NCBI GenBank assembly: GCA_039799905.1
Contig: JBDLRP010000001.1
Location: 1-64,000 of the forward strand
Direction of reading: 5' to 3'
Length of the DNA: 64,000 bases
Source of the DNA: Pseudomonadota bacterium
Lineage (GTDB): Bacteria > Bdellovibrionota_B > Oligoflexia > Silvanigrellales > Silvanigrellaceae
The position numbers were made by a program, and so were the translations under genes. Shown piece after piece: positions 47,641 to 56,174 of this stretch (its first letter is position 1; each line of letters opens with the position of its first letter). The notes under the pieces are model-generated. The model was not told the DNA's origin and made no database searches. It saw nothing but the letters and a program-made list of their open reading frames with translations.

Positions 47641-49128
47641 ATGACACTGAAAACACAATCACCGCACGAGCTCACTGCCAACGACGCGCTGGCTCCGGAA
47701 CTCTTCAAGCCGCAGCCTGCGCAAAGTTCCGATGCCGAATTCCTCAGCCGCCCGGTGGTCGGTTATTGGAAAGACGCTCTTATCCGTCTCATGCGCAACA
47801 AGGTTGCAACCTTTTCGCTCGGATTAATCTTCACAGTTGGACTGGTCGGCGTTTTCGGTCCGCTGTTCTTCCCAAAAACAGAAGACGGCTCTCCGTTTGA
47901 AAACGCCCAGAACATGAACTTCATCAACCAGTCGCCAACGTTCGGCGAGAAGCTTCTCGTCACGGAAGATTCGGCTGTCATTCCCGACGATCTCATCATG
48001 GACCCGTTTGACACCACGGCTCCACTTCTTACAGCCGACAATCTCGTTGCTCCCAAAGGATTTGCCGTATCCGGCTTGGCAACAGTCAACGGCGTCACCC
48101 TCAAATGGGAACCCGTTGCCGGTGTCAGTGGCTATCAAATTTACCGCACTGTCGTGGGCACCGATTCTCTTGACCTCAAAACAGTCGAGAGCGACCCGCT
48201 GCTGCGCGGTGTGCAGGTCGGCACCATCACCAATCCAGCGCAATACAGCTATACGGACGGATCGGGTCTCAATCCTGCGCAGAACTATATCTACTCCATC
48301 GTGTCATACGTGACCGACCCAAACACCCAAGAGGAGTTTGGATCGCCACTAGCAAGCGTTCTTCAGACCGGACTGACACAAACAATAGCGTTGACCGATG
48401 CTCAAAACATCAAGAAAAATGCACAAGCCGGCGACGTCATTCGCGGCAACACCCACCTCTTCGGTACGGATGCCCTCGGCCGCGATATTTTCGCCCGCAT
48501 GGTGACCGGTACGCGTATCGACTTTTTCCTCGCTCTGCTCGTCCCGACTGTCTCCCTTCTGATTGGACTTTGCTACGGAGCCATCTCTGGACTGATGGGC
48601 GGCAAGGTCGACATGTATCTCATGCGCGTTGTGGAAATTCTCGACACACTTCCTGAACTCCTTCTTCTCATCCTGATTCAGGTCGCGCTCGGCAAGGGTG
48701 TTTCGAGCCTTGTTATTGCGCTGTGTGCCTTTTCGTGGACAGGCTACGCACGAGTTCTGCGCGGCGAGGTTCTCCGGCTTCGCGAAATCGAATTCGTCCA
48801 TGCGAGCAAGCTGCTGGGCGCCCCGCTGATGTCAATCGTATTTCGACATGTTGCACCCAATCTCCTCGGCATCATCATCGTGATGTGGTCGGCGCAGATT
48901 CCGCGCATCATTACATCGGAAGCGTTCTTGTCGCTCTTCGGACTCGGCGTTGAGGCACCAATGGCAACCTGGGGAACGGTATTGCAGGATGCGGCTGCAC
49001 ACTTTCAACAATACCCTGCACAGTTCTTTTTGCCGTCTGCGGTACTGGCAGCAACATTGCTCGCGTTCTACACGCTCGGCGATGCACTGCGCGACGCGTT
49101 TGACCCCAAACTTCGTGGCCGCGACTGA
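47641..49128 (+). CDS. oppC: Oligopeptide ABC transporter permease with an inserted fibronectin type III domain
   Basis: YWKDA..RL..NK, HLFGTDALGRD, HVAPN and GDALRDAFDPK; FN3 insert at about 48043-48360. Confidence 0.9.
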   Translation: MTLKTQSPHELTANDALAPELFKPQPAQSSDAEFLSRPVVGYWKDALIRLMRNKVATFSLGLIFTVGLVGVFGPLFFPKTEDGSPFENAQNMNFINQSPTFGEKLLVTEDSAVIPDDLIMDPFDTTAPLLTADNLVAPKGFAVSGLATVNGVTLKWEPVAGVSGYQIYRTVVGTDSLDLKTVESDPLLRGVQVGTITNPAQYSYTDGSGLNPAQNYIYSIVSYVTDPNTQEEFGSPLASVLQTGLTQTIALTDAQNIKKNAQAGDVIRGNTHLFGTDALGRDIFARMVTGTRIDFFLALLVPTVSLLIGLCYGAISGLMGGKVDMYLMRVVEILDTLPELLLLILIQVALGKGVSSLVIALCAFSWTGYARVLRGEVLRLREIEFVHASKLLGAPLMSIVFRHVAPNLLGIIIVMWSAQIPRIITSEAFLSLFGLGVEAPMATWGTVLQDAAAHFQQYPAQFFLPSAVLAATLLAFYTLGDALRDAFDPKLRGRD

Positions 49129-49175
49129 CAACGAATTGCAGGCAAGGCCGATGAGCCGCCGACAAGGAAAACAAC

Positions 49176-50282
49176 ATGCAGATTCAGCAAACTGAAAACA
49201 AGACACAACACAGGTCGGGAGCCGGCACAACTGGTGGGACATCGGCCGACAATCAAAAAATCCTCGAAGTGAAAAACCTATCGGTCAACTTTCGAGTTTA
49301 TGGCGGTCAGGTGTACGCGGTCCGAAACGTGTCGTTTCACGTTGGAGCCGGTGAATGTCTTTGTATCGTCGGCGAATCCGGTTCAGGTAAATCGGTGACG
49401 GTGCAATCGCTGATGGGACTCTCGAGCGGGCAAATCACTTCAGGTCAGGCACTCCTCAACGGAAAGGACCTCCTTCCGATGACCCAAAACGAGCGGCGCA
49501 AACTGCTCGGCAAAGACATAGCCATGATCTTTCAGGACCCGCTGGCGAGTCTGAACCCGACGATGACCATCGGGAATCAAATCGAAGAATCGCTCAAGCT
49601 TCACACCGACATGACGGCTTCGCAGCGCCACGCTCGTGTTGTCGAACTTCTCGAACTGGTGCGAATTCCCGAGCCCAAACGCCGCATCGATCAATACCCG
49701 CACGAGCTTTCTGGCGGCATGCGCCAGCGCGTCATGATTGCAATGGCGCTTTCGTGCAATCCCAAGGTTCTTATCGCCGACGAGCCGACGACTGCTCTCG
49801 ACGTGACAATTCAGGCACAGATCCTCGTGCTGATTCAAGAGCTGGCACGCAAATTCAACATGGCGACAATTCTCATCACCCACGACCTTGGAGTTGTGGC
49901 GCAAATGGCCGACCGAGTCGCTGTCATGTATGCGGGAAAAATTGTCGAGGAAGGCCCTGTCGACGAGGTTTTCTATGCATCAAAACACCCATACACAGTC
50001 GGCCTGAAACGGGCGATGCCCAAAGACTCCGGCTCTGTCAGCGAACCGCTGCAGCCCATTCCAGGAACACCTCCGGACCTCTTTGCGCCGCCGGCTGGAT
50101 GTGCATTCGCAGCGCGCTGTCCTGCAGCTATGTCTATTTGTCACCGCAAGCAACCGCCGGAGCAATCTTCCGCGGGCGTGAGGGCCTCATGCTGGCTTCA
50201 TCACAGTCACGCCGCGCAATACCGTGCGGCTGCGGGCGTCAACTCATTCGCCACTCAGCCTGAACAAGAGGTCAGACAATGA
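49176..50282 (+). CDS. oppD: Oligopeptide ABC transporter ATP-binding protein
   Basis: [25 protein letters not shown] and C-terminal Cys cluster. Confidence 0.95.
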   Translation: MQIQQTENKTQHRSGAGTTGGTSADNQKILEVKNLSVNFRVYGGQVYAVRNVSFHVGAGECLCIVGESGSGKSVTVQSLMGLSSGQITSGQALLNGKDLLPMTQNERRKLLGKDIAMIFQDPLASLNPTMTIGNQIEESLKLHTDMTASQRHARVVELLELVRIPEPKRRIDQYPHELSGGMRQRVMIAMALSCNPKVLIADEPTTALDVTIQAQILVLIQELARKFNMATILITHDLGVVAQMADRVAVMYAGKIVEEGPVDEVFYASKHPYTVGLKRAMPKDSGSVSEPLQPIPGTPPDLFAPPAGCAFAARCPAAMSICHRKQPPEQSSAGVRASCWLHHSHAAQYRAAAGVNSFATQPEQEVRQ

Positions 50283-51241
50283 ATCAGGCCCAACCCATCG
50301 TTGAAGTCAAAAACCTCTGCAAATATTTCGACCTCGGCCGCGGTGCAAAACTGCATGCCGTCGATGACGTTTCGCTGACCATTTACAAAGGCGAGACACT
50401 GGGGCTCGTGGGAGAATCTGGTTGCGGTAAGTCGACTCTCGGCCGCGTGCTCGTGCGCATGTACGACCAAACGTCCGGCTCTTACGTATTCGACGGAAAC
50501 AAAGTGCCCGCACATCTGAATTCTGCCGAGCGCAAGGTTTTTTCCCGCCAGGCACAGATGATCTTTCAAGACCCATATCAGTCCCTCAATCCACGCATGA
50601 CGGTTGGCGACATCATTTCGGAGGGGCCTGCCATCCATGGACTCTGGACAGGTGACGCGCGCAAAAAAGAAATTCTCCGCTGGTTGAACCGCGTAGGACT
50701 TGTCGCTGAACACGCCATGCGCTTTCCGCATGAATTTTCCGGCGGTCAGCGGCAGCGCATTGGTATTGCCCGCTCGTTGGCTCTCAACCCGCGATTTGTC
50801 GTCTGCGACGAGCCCATTTCGGCTCTCGACGTCTCGGTTCAGGCGCAGGTTGTCACGCTGCTGCAAGATTTGCAGCGTGAATTTGGCCTGACTTATCTTT
50901 TCATCGCGCATAGTCTCAGCATGGTGCGGTACATCTCAACCCGCATGGCCGTTATGTATCTTGGCAAACTTGTCGAGGTCGGCCCTAGCGAGGAGCTCTA
51001 CAACTCGCCTCTGCATCCCTACTCTGAGGCGCTGATTGCCGCCAATCCATTTCCCGACCCGGAGCGTGAGCGCCGCCGTGAACACAAGCTTTTGGGCGGT
51101 GAGATCACCAGTCCGGTGAATCCTAAACCGGGTTGCCGCTTCGCAAACCGTTGCCCCATCGCAACAGACCGCTGCCGCGCCGAAACGCCGGTGCTCAAGG
51201 AATCCAAACCGGGCAGATTTGTCGCCTGCCATTATCGCTGA
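50279..51241 (+). CDS. oppF: Oligopeptide ABC transporter ATP-binding protein
   Basis: GESGCGKST, FSGGQRQR, CDEP and VACH. Confidence 0.95.
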   Translation: MNQAQPIVEVKNLCKYFDLGRGAKLHAVDDVSLTIYKGETLGLVGESGCGKSTLGRVLVRMYDQTSGSYVFDGNKVPAHLNSAERKVFSRQAQMIFQDPYQSLNPRMTVGDIISEGPAIHGLWTGDARKKEILRWLNRVGLVAEHAMRFPHEFSGGQRQRIGIARSLALNPRFVVCDEPISALDVSVQAQVVTLLQDLQREFGLTYLFIAHSLSMVRYISTRMAVMYLGKLVEVGPSEELYNSPLHPYSEALIAANPFPDPERERRREHKLLGGEITSPVNPKPGCRFANRCPIATDRCRAETPVLKESKPGRFVACHYR

Positions 51242-51313
51242 GGGGACTTCCCTGCCGCCCTCCGGAGGGTCATTCAAGCTTACAATTTAAGCAAAATGAC
51301 TCCGGAGGGCTCC

Positions 51314-52534
51314 ATGTCAGAACACCTGCCTGCGTCTGCGGTTCGGCAAATCAACAAACTCTACAACACGAAGGTGCTCAACAGAGCCCTCTTTCTGTTG
51401 CCAGCAGCCCTCCTGCTCGGCGGTTGCGGTTTTCTGGACGTCTACAAGAAACAAGAAAAGCGCTGTAAGGCGTTTTGCGACGCGGATTCGACCAAGCCCG
51501 AAGAAGACCCACCGTTTAATTTCGACATAGGCTATTGGAATCAAACAACGCCGCGCTCACAACTCGATCCCAACACCGAACTTGTGCCGCTGTTGCGAAG
51601 CAATCCAATGAAGCTGCTTGCCAACGCGTTGAAAACGGTTTCAGAAGATCTTGGCGAGGCCAAGCAGGCGATTGGCAAAACTCCAGCAACCACACAAACG
51701 GAATGCCTGAAAGAGGTGTTTACATCACCGTTCAAAAACACCGAAGGCCGCAGCGAGGGATCGCTCGACTACGGACGATGCGTTGACCTGCGCAAACTCG
51801 AGGAACGTCTGAACTCCAGTCGCAACAGCTCAACCGACGGAAAAATCAAAGTCATTGAACTTGATTCAGCGCTTCACCTGATTTCGCTCGGCAGGTTGCC
51901 GCTCGCAGCGGGCGGCGATGCGATGCAAGATGCAGGCTCCGGACTTGATTTAGCCAACGTATTGCCGTTCCGCTCCGTGAAGGCTGCCGATGTGGCATCA
52001 CCCAACGAAACACAAAATCTGAAATTCCTGCTTGTCCGCGGCAGTGTGCAGGGAACCGCTCTCGAGAAGGCCGGCACAGCCGGCATACTCAAAAAATCGT
52101 GGGGACTCCTGTACGCCGGCCTCGACGAAAATCAGCCGCTGCAGGTTGACTGGCAGCCCGCGCAAAACAACGTCAAAATCAGCGGAAGCATGGCCACACT
52201 CAGTGCTGCTTTCCAGCGCGCGACAACGCAGACTCAGTGGGACGGTTTTGGCTACAGCCGCGAGTTTATCTTTGCGAATTTCTCGTTCAGCGCTCCTCAA
52301 CTCGAACTGAACTCACAACTCGGATGGAGCGATCAGGCCGTCATGAACGGATCCTACTATCTGCGAATCAATGGAGACTTGGTGGAAGCAGGAGGACAAC
52401 AATCAAAACTGTTTCATATGAAAGCAAGTGGCCGCGCCTGCATGCTGGACGTCGGACTTGTCACTGGCTTTCAGGGCGAGACACCTGTCGAGCAGTCACT
52501 GGGACAAATTTCCATCTGCACCGCCACCAACTGA
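51314..52534 (+). CDS. Hypothetical lipoprotein, beta-rich
   Basis: Lipobox LGGC; GGAGGG SD. Confidence 0.65.
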   Translation: MSEHLPASAVRQINKLYNTKVLNRALFLLPAALLLGGCGFLDVYKKQEKRCKAFCDADSTKPEEDPPFNFDIGYWNQTTPRSQLDPNTELVPLLRSNPMKLLANALKTVSEDLGEAKQAIGKTPATTQTECLKEVFTSPFKNTEGRSEGSLDYGRCVDLRKLEERLNSSRNSSTDGKIKVIELDSALHLISLGRLPLAAGGDAMQDAGSGLDLANVLPFRSVKAADVASPNETQNLKFLLVRGSVQGTALEKAGTAGILKKSWGLLYAGLDENQPLQVDWQPAQNNVKISGSMATLSAAFQRATTQTQWDGFGYSREFIFANFSFSAPQLELNSQLGWSDQAVMNGSYYLRINGDLVEAGGQQSKLFHMKASGRACMLDVGLVTGFQGETPVEQSLGQISICTATN

Positions 52535-52683
52535 GTCATCCGTTTTCGGGGGTCGTCAAAGATGTTCGGCAATGGCAGCCGCGACTCCCTTGAAAGTTTT
52601 GCACTTGTCGTGCTAGTGTTCGCTGATTATTCGAGTTTCCTTGAGAAATTCGCAGGTTGACACTGGCTTTCGGGAGAAAGACC

Positions 52684-53397
52684 TTGAATCCTAATTATGA
52701 AATTCTTGAACAAATTTATCGTCTGGATATCGATGCCGGCACTGCCACAATGGACTACAGAAACGCGCAGAAAGAGTTGAACGAACTCGCTAAGCGCACC
52801 AAGGCAAGCGAAGATCTCATCCACAAAACCAAAACCGATATGGCTTTCTTGGAAGGCGAACTCCGCCGCCAATACAAGCGTGTCGACGAAATCGAAGAGC
52901 GCAAGACCGAACGATCTGGAAAGCTCTTCAGCGCTAAAAACGACGATGAACACCGTGCCCTCAAACGTGAGGTCGACAACCTTGACCGCGACCTGCGCGA
53001 ATCAACCCGCCGCGCCGATGAAACCGAGGCGCGCATCGAGCAGCTCAAAACAATTCTCATCAAGGCAGAGGGCGACCTCAAAGAATCGCTGACAGCGACG
53101 GCTGATGAGCGGCAAAAAGCAGAAGCAGCAGAAGCCCGTTCCTCTGGACGCTTAAGCGAAATCGGTGGTGTGCGTTCAACCTACCTCGATCGTCTGGACG
53201 ACCGCATTGGCCAGCACTACGCGCGCATTTCAAAGCTCACACGTAATCCTAACGGACCGGTAACCCGGGTGATTGCTGGAGCATGTGGAAATTGCCACCT
53301 CAGCTTGTCTCCGCAGCTCCTCAACAACCTTGCCCGCGGCAAGGACGTCGAGTTCTGCCCAAGCTGCAACCACATTCTGCTCCCACAACAGAGCTGA
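52684..53397 (+). CDS. Coiled-coil C4 zinc-ribbon protein (DUF164 / HP0958-CdsZ family)
   Basis: Long coiled coil; C-terminal CGNC...CPSC; TTG start with GGAG. Confidence 0.88.
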   Translation: MNPNYEILEQIYRLDIDAGTATMDYRNAQKELNELAKRTKASEDLIHKTKTDMAFLEGELRRQYKRVDEIEERKTERSGKLFSAKNDDEHRALKREVDNLDRDLRESTRRADETEARIEQLKTILIKAEGDLKESLTATADERQKAEAAEARSSGRLSEIGGVRSTYLDRLDDRIGQHYARISKLTRNPNGPVTRVIAGACGNCHLSLSPQLLNNLARGKDVEFCPSCNHILLPQQS

Positions 53398-53405
53398 ACA
53401 GAAAC

Positions 53406-54146
53406 TCAGAGATAAAAATGCGATGCTTGATGTTCCATGCTGTAGCGCAGTAGGAATTTATCGAGCAGACGCTGTGCCTGCGCACCCACTCCGACAAAGC
53501 GGACTCCCACGCCTTTCGGGGTGTGTCTCACGACCTCGCCCTGCAGTTTCAAACTTTTACCTTCAATAGAAAAGCTCAGCTGGATCGGTGCTCCTAGTTC
53601 AATCACGCTTGAACCAGCGTCGACTGCCAAGTGAATTCCCTCGCTGCTCACATCGAGTGCAACAGCCTTCAAAGATTTTTTGTTCCACGCAACCTCAACT
53701 TCAAGACTCTGATAAACGCGCTCGGTGTCGCGCGCCTTCTGTGCAGAGAGTTTCTTTATCTCTTTGAGGTAACGAGGCCGCGGCGCTGGTTTCACAATGA
53801 ATGCGCTCGCACCGGCGGCCGTCGCAGCTTTTTTGAGTGAGATGTCGCCCGAGACACTCGTGACAATCACCTTCACCTCTTTGTTGCGCGCCGACTTGAG
53901 CAGAAGCGGAATCAATTCTATTCCCTTGCGTCGTGCAAATGCCGCGTCGATGATCACAATATCCACCCAGTCCCGCGCAATCACGCTCTCGGCTTCAGCC
54001 ACGTTGCCGCCGGCCACCACGTTAAACCCGACACTCGCAAAATAGCTGCGCTCGATTTCAGCCGTGACGCTGACGTCCTCAATAAGCAAGAGCGTCACCT
54101 GCTGTTCTGCGCCAATGGCGGGTTTGATTGATTCGGCAGCGGTCAT
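53406..54146 (-). CDS. Response regulator receiver plus PilZ domain protein
   Basis: LIED, IID, VTS and VKP; RDTER and DVSSEG. Confidence 0.85.
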   Translation of the reverse strand: MTAAESIKPAIGAEQQVTLLLIEDVSVTAEIERSYFASVGFNVVAGGNVAEAESVIARDWVDIVIIDAAFARRKGIELIPLLLKSARNKEVKVIVTSVSGDISLKKAATAAGASAFIVKPAPRPRYLKEIKKLSAQKARDTERVYQSLEVEVAWNKKSLKAVALDVSSEGIHLAVDAGSSVIELGAPIQLSFSIEGKSLKLQGEVVRHTPKGVGVRFVGVGAQAQRLLDKFLLRYSMEHQASHFYL

Positions 54147-54241
54147 GGCGTAAACCCCTTTCTGCGGACAAATCCACGGGCCTCGATTCAGTTCATACGG
54201 GCGGTTCGGAGTCTTGTGGTGCAACTTTAGGGTAACTTGCC

Positions 54242-55144
54242 ATGTGGCCTCGACTTTCGCGCTCAGACTTCGAACTTATTGAACCATTTCAGGTATCTAC
54301 AAAGAACTCCCAACTCCCTCTGAAGGCGATCTTTTTTGATATCGGGAGTGTGCTCATCGACCTCGATTGGGACTCCTTCTTCGCGCGCCAACACGAACTC
54401 AACCCGAGCCTCAAAGATTTCTCGGTTGAAAAAATGATGGCAAACGTCCGAGAGAATCAGCTGATGCTGCGATGGTGCACAGGCAACGCCGGCCCCTTCG
54501 ACTATGTTCGTGAAATGCTGGTAGCTGCGGGACACACAGCCGAGCACGCGCGCCTGCTGGCACTCGGAACTGAGCGCCTTCCCAACGGCGTCTTCGCTCC
54601 TGCGCTCGTGAAAGAACTCAGCAGTCTGATTGTCGGCCCCGCGCGTCCGCGCATCGTTCGCCTAATACAAAACCTGCGCAAGCATGGTTATATCGTCGGT
54701 GCACTCAGCAATGCGACTCCATGGCACGAAAGCGACATCATGAGAACCACATCGCTTCATGAGCTTTTTGACGTGGTCATCTTCAGTCAGGACGTCGGGA
54801 GTGAAAAGCCCGATAACAAAATATACATTGCAGCTCAAAATGCGGCGCAGCGCGTATACGATCTTCACTGCAACAAGAATGGTGCTGCGCAGACCACTCT
54901 GCAGACCAGCCAGTTGGCCTTTCTCGACGACACTCCCATCAATGTGCGCGCGGCCCGCTCACTCGGCTGGCAATCCGCATTGGTATGCCTCCTCAAAGAC
55001 GAATATTTGTCGAACGCTGATTCAATCACCGACGGCGAACTCGCAGCGATTTCTCTGGAATCAAAAAACTTGTTATTCGCCGACGCTGCAGCCAAGCGGG
55101 TTGAAAGTTTGTTCGCACGGATTTTGCCAACTGCGAAGGGATAG
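54242..55144 (+). CDS. HAD-superfamily hydrolase
   Basis: FFDIGSVL, LSN, EKPD and FLDD...N. Confidence 0.85.
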   Translation: MWPRLSRSDFELIEPFQVSTKNSQLPLKAIFFDIGSVLIDLDWDSFFARQHELNPSLKDFSVEKMMANVRENQLMLRWCTGNAGPFDYVREMLVAAGHTAEHARLLALGTERLPNGVFAPALVKELSSLIVGPARPRIVRLIQNLRKHGYIVGALSNATPWHESDIMRTTSLHELFDVVIFSQDVGSEKPDNKIYIAAQNAAQRVYDLHCNKNGAAQTTLQTSQLAFLDDTPINVRAARSLGWQSALVCLLKDEYLSNADSITDGELAAISLESKNLLFADAAAKRVESLFARILPTAKG

Positions 55145-55150
55145 TCTTTC

Positions 55151-56029
55151 ATGAGTTCTTCCCGAAAAATTGCTTTTTTTGATTCCGGACAAGGTGGGCT
55201 TACAGTCTGGGAATCGGTGGTGGGAAAACACCAGAAGCTCAACACAATCTATTTGGGCGACAACGCCCGCTATCCGTATGGAAACAAGGGAGCCGACACC
55301 GTCACACGCTACGCGAGCGAGGCTATTCTATTTCTCGCCGCTCAGCAGGCCGAGCTGATCATTGTCGCGTGCGGTACGGCATCCAGTGTGGCCGTCGCAC
55401 GATTGAAACAGGTTTTCCGACTTCCCGTGATTGGTATTGTCGAAGGTTTTTGTGCAGAGGCATCATCGCTCTGTCTGCGCGAGCGGCGTGTTGCAGTGCT
55501 GGGCACGCGCTTCACCGTAGCCAGCGGCCGCTTTGAATCCGAACTCAAAAAATGTGGCGTCGACTTGGTCTGGCAAAAGGCCTGCCCTCTGTTTGTGCCT
55601 TTGGTCGAAGAAGGAATTTCGGATGGAGACATCGCGACGGCTGCATGCAAGCTCTACTTATCCGACATGCCGGCGGACGTGGATGTAGTCATGCTTGCCT
55701 GCACGCACTTTCCGCGTTTCGCACAGACTATTGCAACGACCCTCGGAACCCGATTAAGCCGCAGCGTGATTTTCAAATCAGCGGAGGGCGAGCAGACGCT
55801 TCACGAGGCTGATAACGGTTCTCAGCCACTCATCTTGCTCGACAGCTCCTCCAGCATCGTAGAGTCGGTCAACACTTTCCTTGCCGGTCACTCTTCAGGT
55901 GAAGAGTTCATGGGCGGACAGACTGATATCTTCTGCACCGACGCCCCTGCACGTTTTGCCCAAGTCGCTCAGGTCTTCGTTCGTAAGGAACTCCCCTCTC
56001 CACGGCAAATCTCTTTGGGCGGCCTTTAA
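55151..56029 (+). CDS. murI: Glutamate racemase
   Basis: FDSGQGGLTV, PYG, ACGTAS, FVPLVEEG and LACTHFP. Confidence 0.93.
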   Translation: MSSSRKIAFFDSGQGGLTVWESVVGKHQKLNTIYLGDNARYPYGNKGADTVTRYASEAILFLAAQQAELIIVACGTASSVAVARLKQVFRLPVIGIVEGFCAEASSLCLRERRVAVLGTRFTVASGRFESELKKCGVDLVWQKACPLFVPLVEEGISDGDIATAACKLYLSDMPADVDVVMLACTHFPRFAQTIATTLGTRLSRSVIFKSAEGEQTLHEADNGSQPLILLDSSSSIVESVNTFLAGHSSGEEFMGGQTDIFCTDAPARFAQVAQVFVRKELPSPRQISLGGL

Positions 56030-56070
56030 GGCGACGCCAAGGGTCAGATTGTCGACTGCACCCTTTGCCG

Positions 56071-56097
56071 TGCAACCTCCTCACTGCTTGCCGATAC
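56071..56097 (+). promoter_or_regulatory. Sigma-28-like promoter TGCA-N15-GCCGATAC
   Basis: Upstream of 56175; same -35, -10 and spacing as the motif at 41547. Confidence 0.45.
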
Positions 56098-56174
56098 CCC
56101 CGAGGGATCGCAAATCGGATGCTCAGAACGGCACAGAGTCCATTCTGAGATTCCAAGAGTGAAGGGTCAGATTC

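Noticed and set aside
51258..51309. Repeated ctccggaggg
   Set aside because: Only two short copies, one of which is the SD; no array.
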